Of a stretch of DNA of 64,000 bases, positions 34,309 through 44,900 are shown piece after piece. Origin of the DNA: a virus; the IMG/VR virus record IMGVR_UViG_3300017971_007886, positions 28,967 through 92,966 of that record; one strand, 5' to 3'. Numbering within the stretch: the stretch's first letter is position 1; every line of letters begins with the position of its first letter. Both the position numbers and the translations under genes were made by a program. A model generated the notes under the pieces. The model saw only the letters and a program-made list of their open reading frames with translations, had not been told where the DNA came from and searched no databases.

Positions 34309-36909
34309 ATGGCCACTGGTCAAGTCAGCAGATTCGCCCTCGTGTTCGATGTGGATGGGAATTGGGAGACTGCGCTCGAACAACTCCCCAACCTGTTCAA
34401 CAACGCCTCCAACGCCTCTGACCAGTTCGCTACACGAGTAACTGACGCCTCCCAGCGGGCCTCTACCGCGATGGAGGCGTTCGGTCGTATGCAAGAGATA
34501 GGTACCGGGATGATGCGGGCCGGTGCCAGCTACTTCGGAGCCATGAAGAGTACCATGCTCGATGCGATGGGTACTCTCATGCCGATGGAAGCGACGATGA
34601 CTCGCATCAAGAGTCTGACCAAGGCCAGTAAGGACGCCACCCTAGACATCATCGAGAACGCACTGGTCCTTTCTGAGCGTACTCCGTTCGAGTCGCAGAG
34701 CGTTGTGGACCTCACCGCCGCCCTGGCCGTAGCCAAGGTAGAGCTGGGAGCCGTGAAGGACGCCGCCACAGGAATGGATGCGACCATTGCCTCCATGCAG
34801 AAGGCTGGATTCGCGAATGTCGGACAGGAGGCCCTGAACTTTGCGGGGGATATGAAGGTGACACGGGCATCTCTCTTGGCCGACTTGGCCACGATGTCAG
34901 GTGTTGCCCCCGACCGGATGCAGTTCTTCGTTCGGGGTATGCAGCGAGCCCTGATGACAGGAAACCTGCGTATGCTCGATGAAATCCCTCGCCCGTTCAG
35001 GAAGGAGATTTGGGAGACCCTAGGCAACACGGCGAAGGTACCTGCCCAAAAGGCGATGGATAACCTCTACAAGTTCCTCGCCAAGAAGGGGCAGATTGGT
35101 GCCGCACTCGCCGCGTCAACGTCGATGGGGGCCATGCTCCAGACGTTCGGTGAGTCGAAGGGACTCCTGTACCGCAAGATATTCGGGAAGCCAGACGAGG
35201 GAGGGTACTACGACAAGTTCAAGGGTATTTTGGCAGACTTCATCACGACTGTCATGGGTACCTTCAACGATCCCAAGTTCCTCAACTCCGTGAAGGGAGC
35301 TGTCGAGCCGATTGTCTCCTTCTTGGAGAAGCTGGCGAAGGTACTGTCGAGGGTGGTCAAAGGGGCTTTGGAGTTCATCAAGAACCACCCGAAACTTGTG
35401 AAGTTCCTCACCCTCTTTGTCACCTTTGCCGCCGCTGCCCTCACGGTAGCCGGTGCCATACTCGCGGCCATAGGTGCGCTTGGCCTCCTGGTGATCACTG
35501 CCAAGGTGGCCATTGTCGGTTTGGTGATGATCAAAGGAGCCCTCATTGGCATAGCGATTGTTGGGGCAAAGGTGATCGCCGTCATGGCCGCCCTCGCCGC
35601 CATTGGGTACGCGGTATCCAAGGCATACGAGTCGAATTGGGGAGGTGTTCGAGACATCATCGACGGCGTAGCTCTGGTATTCCAGGGGTTGTACGAGGGT
35701 ATCGCCAACATGACCACTCGCACTACTACCCTTTCGGATGAGACGGCCAAGGGCCTTGCGAAGCTGGGTCTGTTGGAGTTCGTCATGGATCTACTGTCTG
35801 TGGCGAACAGCATCTACGTCTTCTTCAAGTCTATCAAGGACGGGTTCATGTCAGCTTTCGGTGACACGTCCCCGACCATCAACGAGTTGAACGAAGCTCT
35901 CCTATTCCTGTGGGATGAGATCAAACTCCTCTTCACTGAGATTGGGAAGCTGGTGGGAGCCAACGTCAACCTCAACTCGGAGTGGTCCGAGACGAGTAAC
36001 ATCGGAGGCATGATTGGCGTCGTGTTCGGTACCATAGTGGGTGTGACCATTAGACTCGTCGAGTGGCTAGTCATCTTGGTTGGTGGGGTAGTTCGTGTGG
36101 CGACGTGGTTCGTGAAGACCATGCAGATTGCCAACGCCTTCCTCAACCCACTGTCGATGATGGTGGACTACGTGAAGTCTCTGTGGAAGGGCTTCAACCT
36201 ACTCCTCGAAGGCGACATCTCCGGGGCCTTCAAGGAATGGGGTCTAGGCATTCTCAACTTCGTTCTGACCCCTGTGCAACTCCTCATCCGAGGAATCGTC
36301 GCCCTACTCGATTTGGTAGGGAAGGAAGCCCCCAAGGTGATGCAGGACATCGGGAAGTACGGTGTCCGTTCGCTCATCGAGACCCCCGAGGAGGCCGGAA
36401 GACAGGCGTGGAAGGTGCCTGAAGCGTTGAAGGGCAGGAAGGAGTACGAAGGTCTGACGCCTGAGACAGTCATGCTCTTGGAGGAGCAGAAGAAGCGCCA
36501 AGCGTACTTCGCACAACAGGATGCGATGGCTACCCCGACTGCGGCGGCGGAAGCCCCTTTGGCGAGTATGCCTGACAACGTACTCATGTTCCCGCAACAG
36601 GCGGCGGTACCCCAGGGAGAGGTCGTTGGTATCAACTGGGCTCCACAAGTACCTGAGTCGGTGAACCCGATTCAGAACAACGTGATCCCGATGGTGCCCC
36701 AGGCCGATCTCCAGAAGAGGGGTATGGCACACGATCAGGTCTCGGCCATTCAAGGTTCTGGGTGGGATCAACGACAACCACAGCAACCGATCAACGTATC
36801 AATGCCTCCCGCAGAGAACCACATCCATCTCTCCATTGATGGCGACGAACTCGCCAGCCACATGGAGTCGCGTGGCGGCATACAGTCACAGAGGGTGGTA
36901 GGAGGATGA
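34309..36909 (+). CDS. tape measure protein
   Basis: 866 aa helical protein, TPF motif, hydrophobic middle, YESNWGG; position after chaperones. Confidence 0.9.
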   Translation: MATGQVSRFALVFDVDGNWETALEQLPNLFNNASNASDQFATRVTDASQRASTAMEAFGRMQEIGTGMMRAGASYFGAMKSTMLDAMGTLMPMEATMTRIKSLTKASKDATLDIIENALVLSERTPFESQSVVDLTAALAVAKVELGAVKDAATGMDATIASMQKAGFANVGQEALNFAGDMKVTRASLLADLATMSGVAPDRMQFFVRGMQRALMTGNLRMLDEIPRPFRKEIWETLGNTAKVPAQKAMDNLYKFLAKKGQIGAALAASTSMGAMLQTFGESKGLLYRKIFGKPDEGGYYDKFKGILADFITTVMGTFNDPKFLNSVKGAVEPIVSFLEKLAKVLSRVVKGALEFIKNHPKLVKFLTLFVTFAAAALTVAGAILAAIGALGLLVITAKVAIVGLVMIKGALIGIAIVGAKVIAVMAALAAIGYAVSKAYESNWGGVRDIIDGVALVFQGLYEGIANMTTRTTTLSDETAKGLAKLGLLEFVMDLLSVANSIYVFFKSIKDGFMSAFGDTSPTINELNEALLFLWDEIKLLFTEIGKLVGANVNLNSEWSETSNIGGMIGVVFGTIVGVTIRLVEWLVILVGGVVRVATWFVKTMQIANAFLNPLSMMVDYVKSLWKGFNLLLEGDISGAFKEWGLGILNFVLTPVQLLIRGIVALLDLVGKEAPKVMQDIGKYGVRSLIETPEEAGRQAWKVPEALKGRKEYEGLTPETVMLLEEQKKRQAYFAQQDAMATPTAAAEAPLASMPDNVLMFPQQAAVPQGEVVGINWAPQVPESVNPIQNNVIPMVPQADLQKRGMAHDQVSAIQGSGWDQRQPQQPINVSMPPAENHIHLSIDGDELASHMESRGGIQSQRVVGG

Positions 36910-37532
36910 GTAGAGCAACAATCACCAAGGGGTCTCTTGCCTTCCTCGACTCTCCGTCGTTGAGGCAGGACTTCATGTATAACCCTGGCGAGATCACCGA
37001 CAGCAAGAAGGCGAATTGGGGGAAGACCCAAGTACCCGGCCTGTCGCATCCCGTCTATATGTTCGGGAACGGTGGGGAGCGTCAGATCAAGTTCACGCTT
37101 CACCATGACGGGGACCGAGCCCGTCTATTGTTGAGAACGTCTCAGCACCAGGCCGGTGTGGAGATCGAGAACTACCTTGACGACACGGACAGGCAGTGGA
37201 CGGATGACCCAGGACTGGACGTTACCAACTGGCTGCTGTTCTACCGGTCTCTCCTGTTCCCTGAATCACCGTGGCCTCTCACAACCCGTGTGGCCGGTAC
37301 CGACCGAACGTTCTGGGCATCGAAGTCCCCCAAGAAGGTGATCTTCAACTTCGGTACCTTTTGGCAGGATGTGGTCTGCGTGGTTATCCAGGCCGACATC
37401 AAGGCAAACTTCTTCACGCCTAATCTCGAAGTAGTGAGAGCCGACGTGGACATAGTTCTGGAAGAAGCGCCGGATGCTCCTCAGTTTGGGAATGACATCC
37501 GACTGCTCTCCGGGTCAGCGGGGATCATCTGA
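36906..37532 (+). CDS. tail tube initiator (CIS-tube-like)
   Basis: FMYNPGEI..SKKANW..VPGLSHP..FGNGGER; VRADVDIVLEE. Confidence 0.8.
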   Translation: MSRATITKGSLAFLDSPSLRQDFMYNPGEITDSKKANWGKTQVPGLSHPVYMFGNGGERQIKFTLHHDGDRARLLLRTSQHQAGVEIENYLDDTDRQWTDDPGLDVTNWLLFYRSLLFPESPWPLTTRVAGTDRTFWASKSPKKVIFNFGTFWQDVVCVVIQADIKANFFTPNLEVVRADVDIVLEEAPDAPQFGNDIRLLSGSAGII

Positions 37533-37855
37533 TGGCCAAGATATACTCAAACAGCATGGCCGAGAAGGCCGGTTTGGTCGAGGTGTACGACGAGAACGAA
37601 GTGCTCCTCACGAAGTTTCAGGCGGTACTCGATGCCCTCTCCCGCACGGACTACGGGGACAACAGTGAGTACATCGTCGAGGTGGGAGACACTTGGCAGA
37701 ATATCGCCCTGCGACACCTTGGTACCGCCGAGTTGTGGTGGGTCATCGCAGAGTTCAATCGGTCTCACGATGCCTTCGACGATTTGGTCCCTGGGAAGCG
37801 AATCATCATTCCCGCAGCCACGCGAGTACGTCTCGCGTTTGACCAGTTGAGGTAG
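37532..37855 (+). CDS. LysM / tail protein X-like baseplate protein
   Basis: YIVEVGDTWQNIA..HLG..ELWWVIAEFN...PGKRIIIP. Confidence 0.85.
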   Translation: MAKIYSNSMAEKAGLVEVYDENEVLLTKFQAVLDALSRTDYGDNSEYIVEVGDTWQNIALRHLGTAELWWVIAEFNRSHDAFDDLVPGKRIIIPAATRVRLAFDQLR

Positions 37856-37860
37856 TGTGA

Positions 37861-39159
37861 ATGTTCGATGAGATGGGCAACCCTGTTGTGATGTTCGACA
37901 TCTTGGACCTTGAGACCAAGAGGCCCATTGATGCGGACACTTCTGACCTTCGCATGGCGATGGAGTCGTTCGAGTACGACGAAAGCCTCGACAAGGTTGG
38001 CCAGCTCGTCCTCACTTTCAACAACGAGAATGGTTGGCTGGATGATGATGACCGCCTGCGCGGCCAGGACAAGATGATCCTGTTTCGCTGGGGGTACCTC
38101 ACTCACCTGTCACCTGAGAAAACGGCAGTCATTCGGTACTCGGTACCGGACTACCCAGCGAACGGCAAGATCAAGCTCAAGGTCTATGCGTGGGATGCGG
38201 TGTCTCGGGCCTTCCGCCGTTCACATCCCCGCAACTGGGGGCGTGTCCCGACAACCCAAATCGCACAGGAGGTTGCCTACCGATGGGACTTGATACCGAT
38301 CATCCCCGTGGAAGACGACGACCGCCGAGAAAAGGCGTACATCCAACCTGGCAAGATGTCCGATCTGCGGTATCTCAAGCGACTCGCCAAACAGAAAGGA
38401 TGGGAGTGCTGGTCGGATGGCGTCAACCTTTTCTACGGCCCAGATAGCTACGATGAGAAGCCCGTCCTGGCCGCCACCTACCGAAGTGGGCTGTACTCGA
38501 ATGAGGCCAATGTCGCCCCCATCGTGTTGTTGAGCTTCAAACCGGAGATCAACCAGGGGAAGACACCAAGTACCCGCCGAATCTCTGTAGACCCCAAGCA
38601 GAAGAAAGTGGCCACTCACAAAAGCGATGACGTGGACGCTACCAAAGACAGCCCCATCCGAAAGAACATCTCTCAGTTCGCGCTCTCGTTCGAGAAGAAG
38701 GTGGGCGAGTTCAAGAGCATCCCCGATACGGATATGGAGGCCGGGGCCGGGAAGGTGGAACCTACACCAGAGCCCACCCCGGAGCAGGTCAAGAAGGACG
38801 CCAAGGCCCGCCATTGGAAGATCACTCGCAAGGGTTCCAAAGCCTCTGCGAAGTTTGTTGGTAATCCAGAGCTTCGTACTCGGAGGATTGTCGAGATCCT
38901 TGGTGTGTCGGAGACCCATGCGGGGAAGTGGAAGATCACCGGAGCCAAGCATCGAATCACCGCGAGTGGGAATGTCTACGAGGTGACGTGTCGCCTCAAG
39001 AGGCCGGGGAGGAACAAAGGCAAGAAGGACAAGAAGGAAGAGGCCGGGAACGAGAACAAGAAGCAAGCCGATACTCAGACTGCGAAGGCCGAGAAGATCA
39101 CCGTTACGCAAGTGGACTTCAAGACGAAGGAAGCCACGATTGTTACTAGGACACAGTGA
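37861..39159 (+). CDS. baseplate hub (late control D / gp27-like)
   Basis: FRWGY, SDLRYLKRLA, GNPELR..IVEILGV...GKWKI..AKHRI. Confidence 0.85.
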   Translation: MFDEMGNPVVMFDILDLETKRPIDADTSDLRMAMESFEYDESLDKVGQLVLTFNNENGWLDDDDRLRGQDKMILFRWGYLTHLSPEKTAVIRYSVPDYPANGKIKLKVYAWDAVSRAFRRSHPRNWGRVPTTQIAQEVAYRWDLIPIIPVEDDDRREKAYIQPGKMSDLRYLKRLAKQKGWECWSDGVNLFYGPDSYDEKPVLAATYRSGLYSNEANVAPIVLLSFKPEINQGKTPSTRRISVDPKQKKVATHKSDDVDATKDSPIRKNISQFALSFEKKVGEFKSIPDTDMEAGAGKVEPTPEPTPEQVKKDAKARHWKITRKGSKASAKFVGNPELRTRRIVEILGVSETHAGKWKITGAKHRITASGNVYEVTCRLKRPGRNKGKKDKKEEAGNENKKQADTQTAKAEKITVTQVDFKTKEATIVTRTQ

Positions 39160-40691
39160 TGGACGCAGAGGACAGATTTGAAGGAGCCGAGGAGGAGACC
39201 AGGTACTATGGGAAGTACCGGGCTTTCGTGCGCGACTTCAACGACCCCGAGAAGAGGATGCGACTGCGGGCATACTGCCCTGCGGTGATGGGGCCTCTCG
39301 ACGACTCGAATCACTGGCTCGATTGGGCCGAGGGATGTTTCGCCACGGGCGGCGTAATGGACCAAGGCCACGTCGCGATGCCCGTCTATGGGGCAGGAAT
39401 TTGGATCGAGTTCGAGATGGGCAACCCAGAGTACCCAATCTGGACGGGTACGTGGTTCGCCGGTAGCGACTCTGGATCATCCGAGGTGCCGCTCACGGCG
39501 AAGGGTGACGGAGACGAAAGCGCAGGAGCGCCAAAGGGAACGGACGTTGCCCAAGAGTACGTCATCGACGAGGAGAACGGTGTCGCAGTAGAGGGCGATG
39601 AGTACCAAGAGAGCCTGAGTCCCTACGCCACGATCTACCCGCACAACAAAGTCATCAAGACGGCCAGTGGTCATGTCATCGAGCTTGACGATACGGATGG
39701 TCAGGAGCGAATCCACGTCTACCACAAGGCCGGTACCTACATAGAGATCAACGCTGACGGCGGTGTGACTGAGAAGTCCATCTCCAACAAGCATGAGATT
39801 GTCACCGACAAACACGTCATCCACGATGCGAAGGAACGCATCATGGTTGTGGATGGAGCCCTCGGTGAGACCGTTGCTGGCCTCGTCTCCCAGGTGTACC
39901 TCGACGGGGTACGCCAGTTGGTCACGAAGGAGTGCAACAAGTGGTTCAAGTCCATCGTGAACCACGTCTACGACGCGGACCTGAAGCATGAGGTTGGTGG
40001 TTCATTCAGTCGCCGTGTGGCCAACAACTTCTCGAACTCCGTCGTGGGTACTGGCAGCGACTTCTTCTATGGGGCCTATGACTTCGTGACCCTGGAGAAG
40101 ATGTCCTTCCAAGCAGGCAACACCGGCCTCGCCACGAACTCCATCGAGTTCCTTGCACAGACAGGGAACATCCTTCACCAAGCCCTCATTGGAAAGATCC
40201 AACTCGATACCCTCGTGGATAGCATCGAACTCCACGCGGCGTTGGGCGACATCCTACTGGCCGCCGACGCAGCCAAGATCAGACTGGAGGCTCTGGTAGA
40301 CAACATCGAACTGAAGGCATCAGCCGGTGACATCCTCCAACAAGCGGACCTGGGGGACATCAAACTCGACGCACTCGCGGGGAGTATCCTTGCCTCTGCC
40401 GTGACCAACATCGAGTTGGCCGCCACGGCAGTAGCGAAGATCAACGGTACTGCGGGGGTCGAGGTTGATGGGGCAGCGGTTGGTGTGAAGATCGGATCTG
40501 CGGCGGTCGAGCCGTTGGTACTCGGAACGAAACTACATACAGCAGCCGTGAACCTGGCGACGGCGGTGAGTTCTCAGCAGTTGGTAGGGAACCTCGGGTT
40601 GCCAGTACCTACGGCCCCTGCCGCTCCTGGGTACGTGGCGTTTGCGGCGGCGGTCTTGGCTGCCCTTAGCCCCCTCAACAAGGTAGCGTAG
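39159..40691 (+). CDS. baseplate central spike (gpV/gp5 OB-fold plus beta-helix)
   Basis: YYGKYRAFV..NDPEKRMR, WIEFEMGNPEYPIW, KTASGHVIELDDT, GDI.L.A repeats, EPLVLG. Confidence 0.9.
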   Translation: MDAEDRFEGAEEETRYYGKYRAFVRDFNDPEKRMRLRAYCPAVMGPLDDSNHWLDWAEGCFATGGVMDQGHVAMPVYGAGIWIEFEMGNPEYPIWTGTWFAGSDSGSSEVPLTAKGDGDESAGAPKGTDVAQEYVIDEENGVAVEGDEYQESLSPYATIYPHNKVIKTASGHVIELDDTDGQERIHVYHKAGTYIEINADGGVTEKSISNKHEIVTDKHVIHDAKERIMVVDGALGETVAGLVSQVYLDGVRQLVTKECNKWFKSIVNHVYDADLKHEVGGSFSRRVANNFSNSVVGTGSDFFYGAYDFVTLEKMSFQAGNTGLATNSIEFLAQTGNILHQALIGKIQLDTLVDSIELHAALGDILLAADAAKIRLEALVDNIELKASAGDILQQADLGDIKLDALAGSILASAVTNIELAATAVAKINGTAGVEVDGAAVGVKIGSAAVEPLVLGTKLHTAAVNLATAVSSQQLVGNLGLPVPTAPAAPGYVAFAAAVLAALSPLNKVA

Positions 40692-40693
40692 TC

Positions 40694-42766
40694 ATGGCCA
40701 TTACAGCAGACCTCATCAAGACCGCGATTCAGACAGCCATTGATGGCAGTGGTACTCTTCACGCCGACTGTAAGGACAAGCTCGGAACAGGTTCCGATGC
40801 GTGGGAAGATTCCACCTATCATGCCCTGTACACCTGGCACGAGGGTCTGGCCACGGTACTGAATGAGAACTTCGTTCCTGGCTCCAGTACGAGTCTGACC
40901 TCGGGACGTGTTCCCTATTGGAATGGCTCTGCCTTGGCCGATTCGATTCTTCATGCGAATGCGACCGACCTTGCGCTCAATGATCAGCCTTTCCGTTTGC
41001 GGACTCTTACAGACCCAAATCACATTCTTCGTTGGTGCGGTCCGGGGGCTGAGTTCGAGTCATTCAACCCAGACGGCCCCGTGTTACACGGGAACAACGG
41101 AGGTATGCTTGGGTCGATGAGCGGCGGTGAGCGGGTCGCACTACGTTGGGATCAGAACCGTGACGTGTACATGTACCGCCACCTGTATCTCAGTAACGTG
41201 GGCGATTGTTCGATCACGATCAATGCAGACACGGACAACAGCGGGGAGGACCACAACGCCTGGCTGCGGTTGGTTCAAGACGGAACAGCCGTCTATGGCA
41301 CACTTGGTCTCGTAGGAAATGCCGGGTACGACCCCGAAGGCAACGTGTTTGCTGGGACAGGTACGAACTATCTGTTCGTCCGAGGGAGTGCCGGTATCAC
41401 TATTGCAGCGGGGTCCAGCGTCACGACCTATGCAGGGGCCAACTGGACCATGCCGGGGAACCTCGACGTTGCCTCGCAGATTCGCGGCGGGGAGATCATC
41501 TCTGATGGTGGTGTAGCCAATACGATGCGCTGCGTTTGGGGGAACTACGGGTACTTCGTTCGGAATGACGGGTCCAACGTCTACTTCATGCTCACCAATA
41601 GTGGCGATCAGTATGGCGGCTACAATAGCTACCGCCCATTTCGGATCGCGTGTTCGACTGGCGACACGTTCTTGGGCAACTCGAATGTTGTCGCGTATCA
41701 CAGCGGTACCTTCTACGCGAACAAGCTGGTGCGACTCAGCGGCGGTGCGGGCGACTCTCGGCAGACATACTTTGGGAGCGGGTGGATGGATGCCAGTTCG
41801 GCTGGCGGTGGTGCCGGTATCATCGGTGCCAATATGTACGTCAATCAGACCGCCAACACCATTGCATGGGCGAACACTCACGCGAGCGGTCTTGCCTGTG
41901 GCATGATCACCAACTATCCGTCGTGGAACCAGATCACATTCACTATCAATTCACAGGCTGCAACTGCGGGTAGTACCTTCACACCAGATCAGACGCTACT
42001 CCTCACGGAGAACAGTCTTGAACTCAAAGGATTCGCAGGTAGTGATCAGATGTGGTTCCGGTTGCGCGAGAGTTCCGACTACGGGGCGTATCTTCGCTAC
42101 GACGGGTCGGCCAACTACGGATTCATAGGGTTCACCACTACGGCAGATACGGATATTTGGCGATGGTCTACCACTGGCGAAATGGCCTGGGGAGTCAATG
42201 GGGCAATCGACAGTGGCGTGACCTACGTGTTCTACGCCAATCAGGCGAACACCTACGCCATGCACCTATGGGCCGATGGGAACAACTCCGCGTATCGTGG
42301 GCTGTTGATTCGGTGTGGAAACGACGCGGGGTCTGGTACCAACTACACGCTGATTGCCGCTGATGGCGACGGTACGGGTCATGGTTCTTTGGCCATCGTG
42401 AATACAGTCTTTTCGCTGACCAACTGGTCTGATGAACGCCTCAAGAAAGACATCGCACCTACGGAGGTCAACGGTCTTGAGGTCATCAACAACCTGGACC
42501 TCATTCAGTATCGCTGGGACACCGAGAAGCGTGGAACGTCCTACGATGGTTTCCAGCGGATTGGGTTCAGAGCCCAGAACGCCGAGCAAGTGTTCCCCGA
42601 GATGGTCTCGGAACAACAGATCGATCGCAAGGGAAAACTCAGTAAGACCTTCTACAAGATGACGGCTGGCGAGCCTTTGATCCCTGTGATCGTGAAGTCG
42701 ATTCAAGAATTGTCAGCCGAGAACGAAGAACTCAAAGCCCGAATCGCGGCCCTTGAGGCAGCATAG
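40694..42766 (+). CDS. tail fibre/spike with C-terminal peptidase S74 chaperone
   Basis: Gly/Ser/Asn-rich shaft; SDERLKKDI, IGFRAQ..EQVFPEMV, IVKSIQEL. Confidence 0.88.
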   Translation: MAITADLIKTAIQTAIDGSGTLHADCKDKLGTGSDAWEDSTYHALYTWHEGLATVLNENFVPGSSTSLTSGRVPYWNGSALADSILHANATDLALNDQPFRLRTLTDPNHILRWCGPGAEFESFNPDGPVLHGNNGGMLGSMSGGERVALRWDQNRDVYMYRHLYLSNVGDCSITINADTDNSGEDHNAWLRLVQDGTAVYGTLGLVGNAGYDPEGNVFAGTGTNYLFVRGSAGITIAAGSSVTTYAGANWTMPGNLDVASQIRGGEIISDGGVANTMRCVWGNYGYFVRNDGSNVYFMLTNSGDQYGGYNSYRPFRIACSTGDTFLGNSNVVAYHSGTFYANKLVRLSGGAGDSRQTYFGSGWMDASSAGGGAGIIGANMYVNQTANTIAWANTHASGLACGMITNYPSWNQITFTINSQAATAGSTFTPDQTLLLTENSLELKGFAGSDQMWFRLRESSDYGAYLRYDGSANYGFIGFTTTADTDIWRWSTTGEMAWGVNGAIDSGVTYVFYANQANTYAMHLWADGNNSAYRGLLIRCGNDAGSGTNYTLIAADGDGTGHGSLAIVNTVFSLTNWSDERLKKDIAPTEVNGLEVINNLDLIQYRWDTEKRGTSYDGFQRIGFRAQNAEQVFPEMVSEQQIDRKGKLSKTFYKMTAGEPLIPVIVKSIQELSAENEELKARIAALEAA

Positions 42767-42775
42767 GAGAACAGT

Positions 42776-43111
42776 ATGCCAATCGTTTTGAACACATCAT
42801 GGACCCCAAGTGAGGCACACGACGATGGGCCGTACCTTCGTGCCAAGATCGTTGAGCTTCGTTGGATCGAATCAGACACAGCCGGTGCCCCTCGCATCTC
42901 CATTTGGGTAGTCTTTGGGAACGTTGTCGGGGGAGAGTGGGTCACTGGTGGTGGCACTTCCCAGGAGGTTTACACCATCGAGGGGAGCGACTACGACGCC
43001 ATCGTTGCCGAGCTATCCCAAACGGATGAGCCCGTGTACGCAGGGGTCAAGCGCCTCTCCTATGCGTGGCTGCAAACGAACGTCGCGAGGTTGGCGGGTA
43101 CCATCGAATGA
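42776..43111 (+). CDS. hypothetical protein (possible fibre chaperone)
   Basis: AGGAG RBS after fibre. Confidence 0.65.
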   Translation: MPIVLNTSWTPSEAHDDGPYLRAKIVELRWIESDTAGAPRISIWVVFGNVVGGEWVTGGGTSQEVYTIEGSDYDAIVAELSQTDEPVYAGVKRLSYAWLQTNVARLAGTIE

Positions 43112-43287
43112 GCCAGCAGGAGAACAACCAGTGGGTGCCAGTGGAACAGCGGGAGAAGCTGCCCGTTGTTTCGTACCTGCGGTCGGTCAAGAACCGACTC
43201 GACTTCTGCATTGACCTAGTGATGCGTCGCGACTTAGAGAAGTTGAAGACGCTTGAGAAGATGATGGAGAGATACCGTGGCAGATGA
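43108..43287 (+). CDS. hypothetical protein
   Basis: ATGA overlap; fills gap. Confidence 0.5.
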   Translation: MSQQENNQWVPVEQREKLPVVSYLRSVKNRLDFCIDLVMRRDLEKLKTLEKMMERYRGR

Positions 43288-44455
43288 TTGGGAAAACCTG
43301 AACGTGTCCACTCTGGTACCTGGGTTTGTCCCGACGTTGGCCAGTAGTGTTGGTGGGGCGATGGGCACCATCAGTACCATCTTGGGAGCGGCTGCTACCT
43401 TGATGGGTACCATCAAGACCTTTATGATCGACGTGACCGATCCTATGGCAGCGGTCGTGAACAGCGTCATCTCTGGCATCGAGACGGAGATCAACGACTT
43501 CTTCACCACAGGTGCCTACGTCACGCACGTAGTACCCAAGACCCTCAACGACAAGCGAGGTCTTCAGGGTACGTTGCGCATGATCACCAACTCCATGATG
43601 GACGAGCGCCAGCCGTTGCGCCCGCAGTTCCTCCCAGGGAACAGTTGTGGTGCCTATGTCCTGGCGTGTGGAGCCCCAGACCTCGTTGGCATGGTCAACG
43701 CGGCGAGACTCCTCAAGCTCATCTTGGACATCCGTGAGATCGAGGCGTTCCTTGACCTGGCCAACCCCGCCTACAAGCCAGAGCACGTTCCGTGGCCAAA
43801 CGGTGCGGGGTCTATCACGTCGTTTCCTGATCGGGCAGATGCCAACCCTCGTACTCACTTCATCGACCTGGCCCGCGTGGAGCAGGTCAACCGATTCACG
43901 AACTGGAGAATCCAGTTCCTCTCAGGGCTCAACGAGAACCTGACAACCAACATCGTCGGGTTTGACCCGAGTACCCGCGAGTTCCAAGTAGGGGCGCTAC
44001 CTCGAAACCTCGAAGTAGGCGATCTCTACACCCTCATTCAACCGCAGAGTAACCGCCCACCGTTCTGGTACTCGAAGCGCGTGGCCGAGGCGTTCCCTCC
44101 CTTGGGTGGAATCCTCGCAATCTTCCAGAACCTCACACGACAACTTGCCGCTGGTCTGGGCGTAGTAGGTGCGGCCACAGAGTTCATCGAGACTCTGGAA
44201 GCCAAGGCTACTCGTCTTCAGGCGATCAGCGATGACTTGAACACACAAATCAGTGACCTCGCAGCCGCCCTGTCTGGTACCGGTGTTTCGATTCTTCGCC
44301 TGCCCCCAGAGACAGGCGGAAACGACCGTCTCATCGAGCGCATCCTCGGAGCGGGGAGCGCCCCTGAGTGGGCAGCAGGAAGTCACTACACCATCGCCGC
44401 CATCCTTGTGGCTGACGATGTGTCGTACAGCGTATTGGAGTTGATCTATGGCTGA
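43277..44455 (+). CDS. putative baseplate-associated protein
   Basis: 392 aa in baseplate operon, GGAG RBS. Confidence 0.65.
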   Translation: MADDWENLNVSTLVPGFVPTLASSVGGAMGTISTILGAAATLMGTIKTFMIDVTDPMAAVVNSVISGIETEINDFFTTGAYVTHVVPKTLNDKRGLQGTLRMITNSMMDERQPLRPQFLPGNSCGAYVLACGAPDLVGMVNAARLLKLILDIREIEAFLDLANPAYKPEHVPWPNGAGSITSFPDRADANPRTHFIDLARVEQVNRFTNWRIQFLSGLNENLTTNIVGFDPSTREFQVGALPRNLEVGDLYTLIQPQSNRPPFWYSKRVAEAFPPLGGILAIFQNLTRQLAAGLGVVGAATEFIETLEAKATRLQAISDDLNTQISDLAAALSGTGVSILRLPPETGGNDRLIERILGAGSAPEWAAGSHYTIAAILVADDVSYSVLELIYG

Positions 44456-44900
44456 GACACCTCAACAAGAGGCCGAACGCCGCCTGCTTGGTGTCGGCCT
44501 GTCCTTCCCGTTGCGTGAGAGCGCGTCGGGGTTCATCAAAACCACCGCAGGACGCCTTCGTGTGTGGGAGTCCATCGAGCAGGTCGTAATGACCGACCCA
44601 ATGGAGCGCCCCTACCGAGTGCGAAACGGTATCCCGTTCGGTACCCGTGTTCGTCGGCTCGTGTTCGAGGATATGGAGGCCGCCAAAACCGTGGCTGTCG
44701 CGGACATCAAGCGAGCCGTTCGCGTGTGGGAGCCGAGGGCCGAGCTGCTATCAGTCGAGGTCAAAGTGGAAGGGAAGCGAGCCATCGGGGAACTGGATGG
44801 CGAGGGAGCTTCCCTGGTCATAACCATCCGTTATAGAATCCGGGCTACTGGGGTCGTTGACTTCGGTGTGATTCGGGTGTCGAAAGAGGGTATCCCATGA
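44448..44900 (+). CDS. baseplate wedge protein gp25/gpW
   Basis: LLGVGLSFP, T.P.ER, FGTRVRRLVFE, WEPR. Confidence 0.9.
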   Translation: MAETPQQEAERRLLGVGLSFPLRESASGFIKTTAGRLRVWESIEQVVMTDPMERPYRVRNGIPFGTRVRRLVFEDMEAAKTVAVADIKRAVRVWEPRAELLSVEVKVEGKRAIGELDGEGASLVITIRYRIRATGVVDFGVIRVSKEGIP

